A program made the translations under genes and the position numbers. From the NCBI RefSeq assembly GCF_009914755.1, contig NC_060942.1: a stretch of 64,000 nt of DNA. One strand, 5' to 3'. Source of the DNA: the human T2T-CHM13v2.0 reference genome, Homo sapiens. The notes beneath the pieces were generated by a model that was not told where the DNA came from, did not search any database, and was given only the letters and a program-made list of their open reading frames with translations. Positions 27,349 to 42,226 of the stretch are shown here, piece after piece. The number at the start of each line of letters is the position of its first letter. Positions within the stretch are counted from its first letter, which is position 1.

Positions 27349-28268
27349 TCAGGATATTCTCTTTCCCTTTTTACTAGTATTATCTGATTCTGTTTGTTAG
27401 AATTGTTCCTTGGTGCCCTTTAACCTGATTAAAATGAACAGTTATTCTAAGGTAGATATTCCCAAGCAGGAATTTTAAACAGAGGTAAACCTTAGTACCT
27501 TGCCAATTTATTCCAGCATTGGCAAAATGTATCTGCTGTAGTAGAGCATAAATTTGTCCAATCGCTGCCTGAGTACCTATGTGTTCGTGGCTTGATTTAC
27601 CTTATCTGTAATTCCTGGATGTTAAAAGGACACCAAAAATCTCTGACACCCTGATTAGCCTACCTTGAAGAACCCAAGCCCAGGATTTCTGCCTTTGCCT
27701 AGAAAAAGGACTGATTCAGAACTTCCTGAGCTACCTAGTATTCTGGCCATAAAGTGGAGGAAAGGAATCTATAATCCCATTTTCTTCTTTTCATTCATAG
27801 CTTATTCTCAGTTCTGCAAAAATCCAAACTGCCCCAGGGCTCATGGGACAACATAAACTAGAAAGTTTGTGGGAAAGATTTAAACTGGCCACCAAGTGGT
27901 TAGACACTCGCCAGACCTGACGGCACTTGGCGGGGTTGGGGGCAGGGGCGGGGGTGGGGAAGATCCAACAATTTGGACAATCACATACTTCAGACACGAA
28001 ATCACTAAAATGTTTAAACTCTAAAAACTGTCTACTTGAAATTTAAATCCTTGATGCCTCCTCCATATTTGAAATTATATTCTTTTTTATTCAGAAATTA
28101 TGCCCAATTTTGATGATTTGGAAAACAGAAAAAAAGTAGAAAGAAAAAGACAAAAATCTAAATGGCAATCCAGGCACTAAAACTCATCTTAGCATTTTGG
28201 TATATTCCCTCTCATTTCTTCTTTCTACTCATATTTTTGTGTATCATTTTGACTATGTCATATATACA

Positions 28269-28560
28269 ATTTTATATGCTGATTGTTTCCACTTATTGTA
28301 TTTCCCTGTGTTGATACAAATTTTACCAACTATATTTTTACTAGATACATATTCTCTCATACATATATAAAAATATATATTATATAACTATATATAAATT
28401 ATAAATTTATATTATATATTTAAATTTAAATTATACATGTTATATAAAACATATAATTTTATATATACATGAGAGAATATTACATATCTAGTAAAAATGT
28501 AGTTAGTAAAATTTGTATCAACACAGGGAAATACAAGTGGAAACAATCAGCATATAAAAT
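28269..28560. repeat. Long inverted repeat with AT-rich centre (PATRR-like)
   Basis: ~90-bp complex arms 28269-28360 and 28469-28560 are near reverse complements; the centre is almost pure A/T. Confidence 0.92.
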
Positions 28561-29527
28561 ATTGTGTGTGTATGTATACGTATATATAATGTATTTGCTC
28601 ATTCACTTTTTTGGGAACAACAATATTACTGATATCCTATTATAAACATGTTTACATACAAAGCTTTTTATTTTTCTGCTTTAGGATTGTTTCCTTAAGT
28701 TAAACTCCCCAAAATAGGTGCACTAAAAGGTATGAAAAGTTTTAAGATTCTTGATACATATTGTTAGGTTACTTTACAAGATAGTTGTAACAGTTTACTT
28801 TCTAAAAAGGCTGTTTAATGTAAACATTTCTGGTAAAATCACTACTTAAAGTTGTGTGAAGCCAATACTCTGTTAAAAGCAGCCTGTCACACATCTAATT
28901 TGTACCAAAAGAAGTCCTTTATTTTACTAATGCCTCTGCAAGGTTTATAGCAGTTCACCAATATGACCACATTTGGACTTTAAAACCAAGCTTTAATCAG
29001 TAATGTATTTGACACACAGGCATAAAGAGAAGTATATATATAATGTGGTCCATATCCCGTAGAATAGACAAGAATTCCACATAGAAAGAGTTGCTGGGGA
29101 AATCTGGTTGCTGAACTAGGTGGTAAGTGCTACAGTAGTTCAGAGGGAGATGGCACCCGTATGGACTGAAATGGTTGGGGAAGACAGGTTATTGTCTTCT
29201 GGAAGTGGTGGAACCTGACAATGAAGAATGGTGGGCCTTAGACACACAGAAGGCTGAGAAGAGCCTTCTAGACCAGGAGAACAGCATTCACAAGGATGTT
29301 TATCATAGCGTTGGAAAATGAGGTGACTGGACTAAAATTTCCAATTGTTATGGACTATATTTGTACCCTAAATTCTGATGTGATGAGTATCACTTGAGGC
29401 TAGGAGTTGAGGCCAGCCTGGGCAACATAGAGAGACCCCCATCTCTAGAAAATAATAAAATAAAATAAAATAAATAATAAATTCCGATGTGCCATTTCCT
29501 GATTTGCATTCAAATAACTCAGTCCTA

Positions 29528-29796
29528 GGCCAGGAGTGATGGCTCATACCTGTAAGCCCAGCACTTTGGGAGGCCAAGGTGGCCATGAGTTTGAGACCAG
29601 CCCGGCCAACATGGTGAAACCCCGTATCTACTAAGAATACAAACATTAGTTGGGCATGGTGGCGCGTGCCTGTAATCCCAGCTACTTGGGAGGCTGAGGC
29701 AGGAGAATTGCTTTAACCAGTGAGCCAAGATCGCACCACTGCACTCCAGCCTGGGCAACAGAGCAAGACTCTGTCTCAAAAGAAAAAAAGAAAAGA
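29528..29796 (+). mobile_element. Alu with internal deletions (a further Alu monomer fragment lies at ~29389-29480)
   Basis: Alu body with A-rich tail. Confidence 0.9.
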
Positions 29797-29999
29797 ACTA
29801 TTTGTGTCTTGCATACCTAAGTATATTTAAAGAAAATTTACAAATATAATCATATAAATTCAGCTTTTTCTTGAACCCTTACTATGTAGAAGTCACCCTG
29901 CTAAATTTTATAAGGAATACAAGAAACAATAAGGAGAAGGATGTACCCCCAAGTAAATCACAATTTAACCGAGAAAATATGATATACTTGTGCATCTCT

Positions 30000-30121
30000 G
30001 CACGATGGGAATATGTTCTGAGAAGTGCATCATTACGTGACTTCACTGTTGTGCAAACATCATAGAGTATACTTATACAAACCTAGGTTAACTGAAACAT
30101 TGTTATACAGTGCATGACTGC
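30000..30121. mobile_element. Tigger3 (Golem/MER7)-like fragment
   Basis: gttctgagaagtgcatcatta...tgtgcaaacatcatagagtatacttatacaaacctag. Confidence 0.7.
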
Positions 30122-32059
30122 ATAGAAACACATATCTACCAGTGCAAAATTATTTGTCACAACTTTTACATAGCTTCTATTACCTAATCAGTGTCTTACA
30201 AAGAGTGGGCACTCAATATTTATTTGCGAAATAAATGAAGGAAGGAGGAAAAGACCATTTCCAGGTGGAAGAGCCGGGGAAGAGTCCTGGAACCAGCCGT
30301 GATTCAAGCTGGGTTCTCAAGCGTGGTTAAGATTTAAAAGAATTGGGAAGAGATGAGAAACACTGCAGACAAGAAATGCAACAGAAACGTAAAGTATCTA
30401 TTCTTGGCAAGTGAGATAAACATGTTCTCTGATTGCTAAAAATTAACTTTCCAAAATAGATAAATGTGTTATAACCAGGCACATAGCATAAAATAGCATA
30501 CACATAGCATAACATGAGCCTACACACACACAAAGCAAAAAGTTAACAGTGCCCTCCACCAAGAGATAATTTTAGGACAAGAGAAAAAATATATCCTAAA
30601 AGATAGCATTGAAAAGTAAATAAATTATATTCCAAAGGAAAAAAAAACCAGAAACAAAGGTGTAAAAGATTTTCCCCAATCTTAATGCTTTAAACTAGAA
30701 TAGTAAGGGATGGAAAATATACCATTTCCTGAAATTTCTAAGAGATTTTAGTGATTGGGATCAATAGTAGCAAAACATTGGTGGATGCCAATTCTCTCCT
30801 GTGTAAAAGATATGTAAGTTCAGTTCTGAGTGATTGCACAAGGGTAAAGGTATTGCAAGCGTTCACAGATCACTCACTCTGCACATAATACCTTTGCCCC
30901 AAATAACCATTTGCACCTTTTATACAGTAAAAGAATTACAGCCATTCTTTTAGTAACTAGTCCCTAAAACATAAAGGCTTTCTTTCCTCTTTCAAGAATT
31001 CTAAACCATGAGACATGTACTATACATATTGAACACATAAAGAGATGAGAACACATGTAAAGATGCAGAACACATGTAGAGTTTTTGTTATAGTTTTTTC
31101 TCTCTTCAAAGCATTTGTATTTTTTGAATGAAAGAGGGCCCAATCATTACTTAATCCAAATCCTGAAACCTGTAGGTAGATATACAGTAACTAAGGCATA
31201 AAGAAGAGCAGATCTATTCACTGACTGGGAGTTGAAAAAAAAAAGAACAGGAGACAGGGGAAGTGTTTACCATGAGTTGTGGTAAATGAATCTATATATT
31301 CTATTACAAGGTTTCTACATTTTGCATAAAGTGGAAACAACATTAAAGTTACTGTGAAAAGTTAAGAATGTCTATTGCACCCCTATAGAAACCACTTACA
31401 AAAAATACGGAAGGATTGCCAGAATGCCTGAGGAAGAAGCATGGCAAATCCTTTCCCCAAAAAGCAATGATAAAATTTGACAAAATTATCAAAAACAACC
31501 ATGTCAGTACACTGTAAATTGACCAAAGTCATACAACAACTTGAAAGGAAATTATTTTGAAAAAAAATCACTAAACTTTAGTAAGCTCAGTGGAGGTCTG
31601 TGGTGTTTTACCCCGGGGCTGTTCCTATCTACCCTTTTCCCATAGCTTCATCGTGTGGTAGTTCTACCAGGACAGAGCAGGTCATGGGAGGTAGCTGGCA
31701 GAAGGGGCTGCGTTCATTTGTACCAGAGCTTGAAAAAAACCTATGCCCAGGAGCACTGTCAAAAACAATAGGGATCTCAGTGGTAAACAATCAGGGAAGT
31801 CCAGTATTGCAGCTAGCCTGAGGTTGCAACACTGTTTAGGGTAAACAACATACCAGCAGACCAACCAGAAATTTAACAGTGTGATCTGGGGACTGAGACA
31901 GCCACAGTAGGCACTGATAAGCTCTCACATATCCCTGGGGGTCTGGAAGACTGCCTGCATATGCATAATTGTGCATATGCTCAGGAGAGGCCAGAGATGG
32001 CTTTAGCTAGCTATGTAGCTGACTGAATATGAGGCTTTATGATACAGATACTAAAATCA

Positions 32060-32425
<366 letters not shown>

Positions 32426-33368
32426 TCACCTAAACACAAATCTGTCAGTTAAAAAGTAGAAGCTTTATTAGATCAAGATGTTTTAAGCACAACTTCTGAC
32501 CACTCACTGGCTGACCAGTAAGCTATGATGGCCCAGGGTAACCCTTAGGAAATTAGGCATGAAGTGAAAACAATGATAACGACAATAATAATATTAACTG
32601 AGCAGAAACATTAGCTGCTGCATGTTGTGAGGGAGCCAGATTCCACAGAATTAGTTCATGCAAATCGCTAAACAAACAAGCAAAACAGAAATCAGAACAA
32701 CCTGCAGTTGAGGGGGACCAGAATTCAAACTTGGTATAGCACATTATCTAAAATGTTCAGTTTTCAACAATTATGATATGCTACGAAACAGTAAGTATAA
32801 CTCATACACAGTGGAAGGGGAGGATGGAAGCACTCAATAGAGACCACCTCTGAGGGGGGCCAGATGTTTGATTTACTAGACAAAGACTAAATACATTCAA
32901 ATAACTAAAGAAAATAATGTTTAAATAATTAAATGAAAGGATGACAACAATATTTCATCAAATAGAGAATACTGATGAAAAGAGAGAAATTATTAAAAAG
33001 AACCAAATGGAAATTCTGAAGTTGAAAAGTACAGTAATTGGAATGAAAAATTTATTAGAGGGGTTCAATAGGTTTGAGATAGCAGAAGAAGAATCTATGA
33101 ACTTGGAAGTAGATTCAATCTAAAGAACAGAAGAAAAAGAATAACAAAATGAACAGAGCTTCACAGACCTGAAGGATACCATGTGTATAATGAGAGTACC
33201 AGAATGAGAAGAAAGGTGCAGAGAAAATATTTGAAGAAATAATGCCCCAAACTTCTCAATTTGATGAAAAACCTAATCTACACATTCAAGCAGCTCAACT
33301 AATTCCAAACAGAATAACCACTGACATATCATGGATAAGTCATAGTAAAATTGTTGAAAGCCAAAGAT

Positions 33369-33451
33369 CAGGGCTGCCTTTCCCATCACTACTTTGAAAC
33401 TCTTAATTTCTGAACAAAGGGACTTCACATTTTCATCTTCACTGGGTTCTG
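33369..33451. mobile_element. Internally deleted MER53-like hAT MITE inside L1 ORF1
   Basis: Starts cagggctg, ends ctg, 8-bp TSD ccaaaga(t/c) at 33361-33368 and 33452-33459. Confidence 0.7.
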
Positions 33452-33875
33452 CCAAAGACAAAGAGAAAATCATGGAAGTATCAAGACAAAAATAACTCAT
33501 TATATACAAGGGAACCCACAATTATGTTAACAACTGAATTTTCATCAGAGTGAAGGCCAGAAGACAATAGGATGACATATTGTAAGAACTAAAGGAAAAA
33601 AGAAGAACCTGTCAACCTAGAATTCTATATTCAGCAAAGCTCTTCTTTGGAAATAAAGGCCAAATAAAGATATTCCAAAAAACTAAACAAACAAAAAAAA
33701 CCGAGATAATGTGTTCCTAGCTGACTTGCCTTACAAGAAATACTAAAGGAATCCTTGAGGATGAAGGAAAATGACAGCAGATGATAACTCAAGTTCACAT
33801 AAAGAAACAGAGCAGTCTCAAAGGTAGTTTTTGTAAGTATTAAATATATGTAACAATAAAAGACAGTATAAATAT

Positions 33876-34175
33876 CTTTCTTTTTTCTTTTTTTCTTTTT
33901 TTTTTGTTTTAGATATAGATCTTATTATGTCACCCAGGCTGCAGTACAGTGGTGTGATCATAGCTCACTTGCAACCTCAAACTCCTGGGCTCAAGCCATC
34001 CTCCCACTTCAATCTCCCGAGTAGCTAGGCATGCACCACCCCACCTAGCTAACTTTTAAAAAAATGTCTGTAGAGACAGTGTCTCATCATGTCTCAAATT
34101 CCTGGCCTCAAGTGATCCTCCTCCTTTGGCTTCCCAAAGTGCTAGGATTAAGGGTGTGAATCATTGGACCCAGAC
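33876..34175 (-). mobile_element. Alu (AluJ-like)
   Basis: T-rich tail plus diverged antisense Alu. Confidence 0.88.
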
Positions 34176-36287
34176 TGGTTTTTTTCTTAATTGAAAATGC
34201 AACTATATGAAATAATTATAAAACTATTGTTGAGCTTATAAAATATAAAGATGTGACGTAGATAACTATAATAACACAAAAAAGGAAGGAGAGAATGAAG
34301 CTCTAGAACAAGGAAATGTTCCAAAGAGTAACTCCAATCTATGAGAAGAAATGAAGAGCAACAAAAATGGTAAATAGTTACAGATTTCAATATTTCACTC
34401 TCAATATTTGATAAAAACAACTAGACAGAAAAACAGCAGGGATATAGAAGACTAGAGCAACACTAGCAACCAACTTGATCTAACTGATACCTATAGAACA
34501 CTCCACCCAACAACAGCAGAATTCTTTTTAAGCACATATGAAACATTCTACAGGACACGCCATAAGCTAGGCCATCAAGCAAGCCCAAATGAATTTTTAA
34601 AAACAGAGGACTGAAATATTACAAAGTTTATTTTCTGGCCACAATGGAATTAAATGAGAAATCAACAACATGAGAAAATTTAGGGAATTTAAAAATATTT
34701 AGAGATTAAACAACACAGTTCTAAATAAGCCAAGGAAAAAAGCACAAGCAAAATTGGAAAATATTTTTAATGGAACAGAGAAAAAAACTATCAAAATATA
34801 TGGGATGCAGCTAAAGCAGGATATATAGGAAAAATGTGTACCTTTAATCACACCTTCAATAGAAAAGAATAATCTCAAATTGATAATGTAAACTTCCACC
34901 TTAATAAGCTAGAAAAAAGTAACCAAACTCAAAGAAATCAGAAAGAAGGAAATCATAAAGATCAGAGAGGAAATCAATGAAATAGGAAACAGAAAAGCAA
35001 TAAGAAAAATCAATTAATTAAAAGTTGATTCTTTGAAAAGATCAAAATATTGGCAAAACTTTATCTAGGCTGATGAAGAAAAAACTGAGAAGACACAAAT
35101 TACCAAAAATAATGAAAGAGGAGACATCACCATTGACCTTATAGAAACAAAAAGAGTTGTAAGAGAACACTAGGAAGAACTTTATGCTAACCAACTAGAC
35201 AACTTAGATGAAATGGACAAATTCCTAGAAATATAAAAGTTGCCAATACTGATTCAACAAGAATATAAATTCTGAATAGACCTATACCAAGTAAAGAAGT
35301 TGAATTTGTAATTTTAAGTCTTCCCACATGAAAAGAATCCCAGGTCCAGTTGTTTTCACTGGAGGATTCTATAAATCATTTAAATAATACTTAATACCAT
35401 CCTTAATGAACTCATAAAACAGAGATGGAAGGAATATTTCCCAACTCATACTATGAGACCAGTAATAACCTGATACTAAAACCAAAGACATCAAAAGAAA
35501 ATTGCAGACCAATGTTCCTCATGAGGTTAGATGCAAAAATTCTCAGCAAAATATTAGCAAACTGAATCTAGCAATATACAAAAAAAAAATGCTATATTAT
35601 TACCATGTGGAACTTATCCCAGGAATGCAAGGTTGGTTTAACATCTGAATTATCAGTTAACATAATACACCATATAATAAAGCACAGAGCCAGAAAAAGC
35701 ATCATCTCAACATCTCAAAAGACCAGAAAAAGCATTGCACAAAATCCAATACCCATTCATGATTTAAAAAAAAACAGCAAGATGTTTGAGACTTATGATG
35801 AAAACTTTAAAAGTTGTAAATGTTGATGGAACATTTGAAATACAAATATTGCATTCAAGAAAAATAAACTTTGACCCAAGGATTAATAGCAAAATAAATA
35901 TTTGTGAATATTTCAAGTATAGTCAGACTATAAAACTAGTGTTCTGATATGTGGATAAGCTCTGAGATTAATGTGGTAAGAGTGTGGTTTAATTTGCTTA
36001 GAATGTATCCACATAACTCCATTATAACCAGTTGAAAAAATGAAAACGAATACACATATATTTCTACATTATAAACAAATTTGTTTTTAGTTGAATAGTT
36101 TTAAATGAACTAAAGAAATTCACCATTTATTTGATCATAATTTAAACATCATTTTTGTTTTAAAAGTACATTTTTTAAAAAGCAATCAGCTGTTCATGGG
36201 ATTTAAGAGTCTCTAACATGTATTTACTTCTTTACATAAGGTTTGTAGCCAGCCCTCTAAGGTTGATAAGTAATATTTAAAATTGTA

Positions 36288-36563
36288 GAGTCTTGCTTTG
36301 TCGCCCAGGCTGGAGTGCAGTGGCGTGATCTCAGCTCACTGCAACCTCCGCCTCCCTGGGTTAAAGTGATTCTCATGCCTTAGCCTCCCAAGTGGCTGGG
36401 ACTACAGGCATGTGCCACCATGCCCGGCTAATTTTTGTATTTTTAGTAGAGACAGGGTTTCGCTATGTTGGCCAGGCTGGTCATGGACTTCTGGCCTCAA
36501 GTGATCCACCTGCCTCGGCCTCCCAAACTGCTGGGATTATAGGTGTGAGTCATCGCACCCGGA
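36288..36563 (-). mobile_element. Alu (AluS-like), tail missing
   Basis: Antisense Alu begins agagtcttgctttgtcgccc with no poly-T. Confidence 0.92.
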
Positions 36564-37649
36564 CTAGAATTTTTTTTCTATAATTCCTCCGAGCTTTTTT
36601 TTTTTTTTTAATAAGGAAGAAACAGTATCCTTGAAATGGTATTGTTTGGGATCTAAGTAGTTATTTAAGTTTAAACAATGTACAAATTAAAATGATGTCA
36701 AAATACAAGAACAAGGGGCTGTTTAAGTCATCATACATAGGCAATCTTGTTTATTCCAAATTGATAAAATTCAGGTGGGGGGTGACCCCTCTGACTAAAT
36801 TTGCAAGGGACTGATACATCAGAATGTCAATGGTTTCATTTACCAAGCAGAACATCTTCCTGCAAGTGGGTTATATATCTCTATTCCCCTAGAATATTCT
36901 GTTTCCCAGCATTAAGACACTGGGAAAGTGAGTTGCTAATCAAAAGGTTATTTGGCTCTGAATCACGATCACAGAAAGAAAGTTTGATGATCTTAGAGAT
37001 TTTTCCTGAGGGTAAGGGAAAAGCCCAAAGAACTAACTCTTCTCCAGGACAGAGTAGGTCTTTCTGGTGATAAAAGGCCACGTCCACCAGATACAGTAGC
37101 TGTTAACATTGAAAAGTGCTGCATCAACCTTAGCAAATGTGTATACTGTCAATTGCCCCTACTTTAGATTCCAAGCATTCATTAAATAAGAGAATTCACT
37201 TAGAGGGAACTCCACTGTGATTTCACATCATTCAGTTTCAGTGTGATTGCTTTGCAGCCTTTTTTAGGAGCATTTCTCTCTGAGGATGACCTTGCTTGGA
37301 CTTGACTGTCTCAGGTTTCCTTCAGAACATACTGTCGCACTAACTCTTGGGACACTAACTCTGCAAGCCATTACAAGTTGATTGTAACCAGTTTCACTCT
37401 CTAATTTTTTGAAATATCAATATATGGAGGTGACACATTCAGAAAACCAGTTCTCCATTAAGCTTTTAAGTTCCCTTCATAAATCTTATTATTCTATTTT
37501 AGGAATAGCTCTCAGGGGACTTTGATTAATATTTTATCCCATTTACAAAACCAGTTAAACAACTTTAAATGTTAAACAGTGTTCATATAATATAGTTTTA
37601 TTTATTTTTTTATTCACGCTGTGGATGTTTTGTGATCATTTCGCTACTT

Positions 37650-39260
37650 TTACTTTTTCTACTTTTATAAAAATCACAGCTACAGAAATGTAAAATAGTA
37701 CAATGTTCACACATACACCCTTCACCTAGATTTGCCCATTATCAACATTTTGCCACATTTGCTTTATTTCTCTATAAAATTTTTTTTCTGAGCCATTTGA
37801 AAATAAGATGTAGATACCATGACATTTCATCCTTCAGTGTTTCAGCATGTATTTATGGGAAACAAAGACATTTTCCTAGATAACCACAAAGTAATTATCT
37901 CATCTAAGAAAGTTAACATTGATACAATAACAGTGTGTAATAAGAAATCCATATTAAATTTTACTTAATTTACCTAATTATTCCCAAAATGTCTTTTAGA
38001 GGTTTTTTTTTTAAAATCTGGGATCTAATCACAGATTATGAATTGCATTTGGTAGTCATGTCTCAACAATCAGTCTTCTGCTTGTGCTTGCTTTCATGAC
38101 TTTTTTTTTTTTTCAAATGAGACAGGGTCTCGCTCAGTTGCCTACACTGAAGTGCAAGTGGCACAACCCCAGGCTCAAGCAATCATCCCAGCTCAGCCTC
38201 CTGAGTAGCTGGGACCACGTGCATGTGCCACCCCACCCAGCTAATTATTTTATTTTTTGTAGAGTCAGGGTCTTGCTGCTCAGGCTGGTCTCAAACTCCT
38301 GGGATCAAGCCATCCTCCCCGCTTGGCCTCCCAAAGTACTGGGATTACAGGTGTGAGTCATTATGCCTGGCCATGACTTTTTTTTTTCTTTTTTTTTTTT
38401 TTTTTGAGACAGTTTCGCTCTTGTTGCCCAGGCTGGAGTACAATGGAGCAATCTTGGCTCACTGCAACCTCCACCTCCCGCGTTCAAGTGATTCCCCTGC
38501 TTCGGCCTCCTGAAGCTGGAGATCACAGGCACCCACCATCATGCCTGGCTAATTTTGTGTATTTTTAGTAGAGACAGGGTTTCACCATGTTGGCCAGGCT
38601 AGTCTCGAACTCCTGACCTCAGGTGATCCGCCCAACTCGGCCTCCCAAAATGCTGGGATTACAGGTGTGAGCCACCCTGCCTGACCGACATTAATATTTT
38701 TGAAGATTCAGACCAGTTGTCTAATAAAATGTTCCACAGTCCAGATTTGTCTTACTTCCCCATGATTAGATTCAGCATAAACATTTTGGCAAGAATATTA
38801 CATACAAGCAGTGTGCACTTCCAGTGGCATCCAGGACATGGGGAAGAACATATTAAATTGTCCCATTATTGTGACTACATGGTTGGGGTCGTATTCATCA
38901 GATTTATCCGTGTAAAAGTACCTCTTCTCCTTTTTAAATGAGGTGGTACTTTGAGAATACATGTTTCATTTCTTAACTTCCCACTCAATGGTGAAAATAC
39001 CTTAATCAATTATTACATTTGGTGGTAGCAAAGTGGTACTTTTCTCACTCTCTCTTTCTGCATTTTTTTAGGGGCACTCTTCTATAAAGATGCTGTTGTT
39101 TTTTTTCTCTGCACCCTCCCCAACCTCTTTTTCTTTGAAATCCCTATGGAGTTCGATTCTCTTTCTATTCAATGGTACCATCTTATCTTTTTGATACTCA
39201 AATTTTGCCAGATTTGGCCAATGAGAGCCCCTCCAAATTGCCTCGTGTGTCCTTTGTCAT
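37650..39260 (-). mobile_element. Old L1 (L1MC/ME-like) 3' end split by two tandem Alus
   Basis: ttcacctagatt...aacattttgccacatttgcttt and attagattcagcataaacattttggcaagaata motifs. Confidence 0.7.
38101..38686 (-). mobile_element. Two tandem antisense Alus (38101-38372 AluJ-like; 38378-38686 AluS-like)
   Basis: Two poly-T tails, each preceded by catgac. Confidence 0.92.
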
Positions 39261-39761
39261 GTACGAATCATTCCGAACCAATTGCAAAAGTACAGGATTT
39301 CCTAATTGTTTTACTGATCGAGATTTATCCTATCCATGGCTCCAGCAAAGGTATCCTTCAAGCCACACAGGGTCTTTGGGAGAAGGCTAGATACCTGAAC
39401 AAAATCAGGCTTCTCTTTTATGAAAGTTAAAGGGTAAGAGCCGGTGGGTTTAGGCTGGGTTGATAGTCAACAGCTCAGCAAATTTGATGTGATCATGCAT
39501 TTTAAAAAACATGAATCAGCAAATTCCAATCCCAAGAACACTGCTGGAGCATTGGTTATTTTCCTATCTAGCAAGCCAGTCTTCAGAAACTTCCATCTCT
39601 CCATGGGTCTCTAGAAGTCAATGTTGTTTTTTGAGGGGGACAGCCCTTGCCTTTTTGAACAGTTAAGCAGAAGATCTATTTGCAGAGGTCTCACAGAACC
39701 CCAGGGGCTTAGTTAAGGTCGTCTACCCTGGCAAGTACCTAACATCAGCCAGTTCATTTCT

Positions 39762-39922
39762 AAGAGATGAGGTTTCATTATGTTGTCCAGACTGAAGTGC
39801 GGTGGCGCTCCACAGACGCAATCACAGAACACTGCAGCCTCGAACTCCTGGGCTCAAGCAATCCTCCTGCCGCAGCCTCCTGCGTAGCTGGAACTACAGG
39901 TACACACCACCATGCCCAGCTA
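39762..39922 (-). mobile_element. Alu monomer (FAM/FRAM-like)
   Basis: Single antisense arm. Confidence 0.8.
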
Positions 39923-40807
39923 GTTCTTTAATTTTTAACACAAGTAGCCTAAGGATTTTCCAAACCAAACCAGTTTAGAATCAAGTTTATTTCTGGACAG
40001 TCTCCAAAGACTGGTGGGTTTTATGGTTTTTCCAAAAATTACAAATGTATGAGTGTGAGAACATGACAGCCTGGTCAGTCTAAATCCCTAAGAATCTTTC
40101 TGACAAATGGAACCACAACTCCAGGGAGACTGTGAATTCAATCCAAGGCTAGTCTTCCAGAAAATACGCCATATACCACAGTGCTGGGCATGGATTCCCA
40201 GGTTACCAATGGAAATACTTGTCACAGTAACACCACCAAGAATTTCTATCTCAAGTCTGTCACCGTATTTTTGTAAACCTTAACAAAAACTTGTATTTTT
40301 AATTTTAATATGCAATTAATTTTTTCCTTAAGTTGTATATCAGCAGATAACTTACTGGTGTTTTAGATCAGCTTTGTAAGTGTAATCTTTAAAGACAGTT
40401 TAATATTTAACACCTGTTTTAAAATACATGCTGTATGTGAACTAACTAAACAAAAATTTATTTTTGAGGTACCTTATACCCACGGCAATTTAAATGATCA
40501 AACTACAGATTAAAGTACAATGATATCAGACATATGTTGGTGCCTCCCTGCATTCATATTTTTCTTTCCCCTCTCCAACAGCCCTGGGTCTCCTTGGAAG
40601 GGACCCATATGGTTCTGAAGTTGATTCACTGCCTTGGCCCCAGTGACTGATCAAGAATGGCCATAGAACCTCAGCCAATTCAACTGGAGTGAATCTCAGG
40701 GCTAGTCTGATAATGCTGAGACATGTTTTCTTTTCCCTGGTAGGTAGGAACAAGGTTCCAGGTGACCCAAGAGTTTCTGGCCTTTACTTTTTGTTACGGG
40801 AGCACTG

Positions 40808-40930
40808 TTCATTCATTCATTCATTCATTTATTCAACAAATATGGATGAACATCTACTGTGTGCCAGATGAGAAAACATAACATTGAATAAAACATGGTC
40901 AGTGACTTCAAGATATTTATATTCTAATGG
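40808..40930 (-). mobile_element. L2 3' end with (TTCA)n
   Basis: (ttca)n ttcaacaaatat...ctactgtgtgccag. Confidence 0.8.
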
Positions 40931-42045
40931 AGGAAACAGGGAGGTGTAGTGGGAGAGGGGTCTCATAGGGAACAAATTCTTGATATGAATCAGACTGCCT
41001 GTTTCAGGATATCTGAAGTAGAAGTGGACGTATCTGGGCATCCTTTTTATAGTTGATATATTTTAGTGTATCAGGCTGCCCTGAACCACCCAGTTATCTG
41101 AGGTTTTGGTGAAATGTCTTGCAGCAACCCAGCTGCAAAAAGGAGGGTTGAAAAGCCTCCTCCGTCACTAGTGCCTTCATCCAAACCTTCACTTGGAATC
41201 AGTTTTCTGGTTACATATAAATACTTGGACAATAATACCAGCTATATTACGGTATGGCATGGTATATGAATAATGACACCTTTCACTATTAAAAAGGCAA
41301 ATAAAACAATATACTGAATGTGCATTAAACATCATCTAGGTACATCAGTGTAGTATGGGAAGTTAAAAATATATATATCATCTGGGGACAAGAGACAATA
41401 ATACTTTGTGTCCTGGTTTTTGTTACAAGATATATTTCTTTATAAAATATTTGGATACAAACCACACACTCACCACTATCACAATAATGTTATCTGGCCC
41501 ACATGATTTGATTATGCAGGGAATACAAAAAAAAATCAGAAAATCTAGAGCAGGTGTTCTCAACAGGTAGGCTGGCTAAGAGGAATCCCTTTCTAGGGAG
41601 TCTTACTAGAATCATCAGGGTAGTTTTCCCAGCTTAAAAACTCACATGTCACAGTGGGACTTCCATCGGGGCCCCTCCCTCAAAAGCACTAGCGTTTTTT
41701 CACTCTTACTGAATGTGTTCTCTCACTTATGGTAACATGGAAAAAACATTGAGGCCTCCTTGTGAGCTGCAGTATGCAGAGACGGAGATAAACAACAAAT
41801 TGTCCAGCTGATGGATAACCAAAATCATTAAATCATGGTATATGTCACTTATGTGTATAAGCTTTGATCACTATATTGTTTAATGTTGGCCAAAGCTATA
41901 AACACCCAAGTAATCATTATTGATTACAAATTTGAATTCTGGTATAAAATGTATGCATCAACTATTGTGGAGAGTTCATATCAAATGGCTTCTTATTGCC
42001 AAGGAAAATGCCCCTTTGACTGCGTCACATATAAAACTCAATTTG

Positions 42046-42226
42046 CCAGCCTGGGCAACATGGTGAGACTCTGTCTCTACAAAAAAATACAAACAATTAG
42101 CCAGGTGTGGTGTCACGTGCCTGTGGTCCCAGCTACTTGAGAGGCTGAGGCAGGAGGATCTGCTTGAGCCTGTGCTCCAGCCTGGGTGACAGAGCAAGAC
42201 TGTGTCAATCGATCAATAAAACAAAA
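42046..42226 (+). mobile_element. Partial Alu
   Basis: ccagcctgggcaacatggtgagac...gacagagcaagac. Confidence 0.85.

Noticed and set aside
31031-31082. Three ~19-bp gaacacat repeats
   Set aside because: Short degenerate minisatellite without unique spacers; not CRISPR-like.
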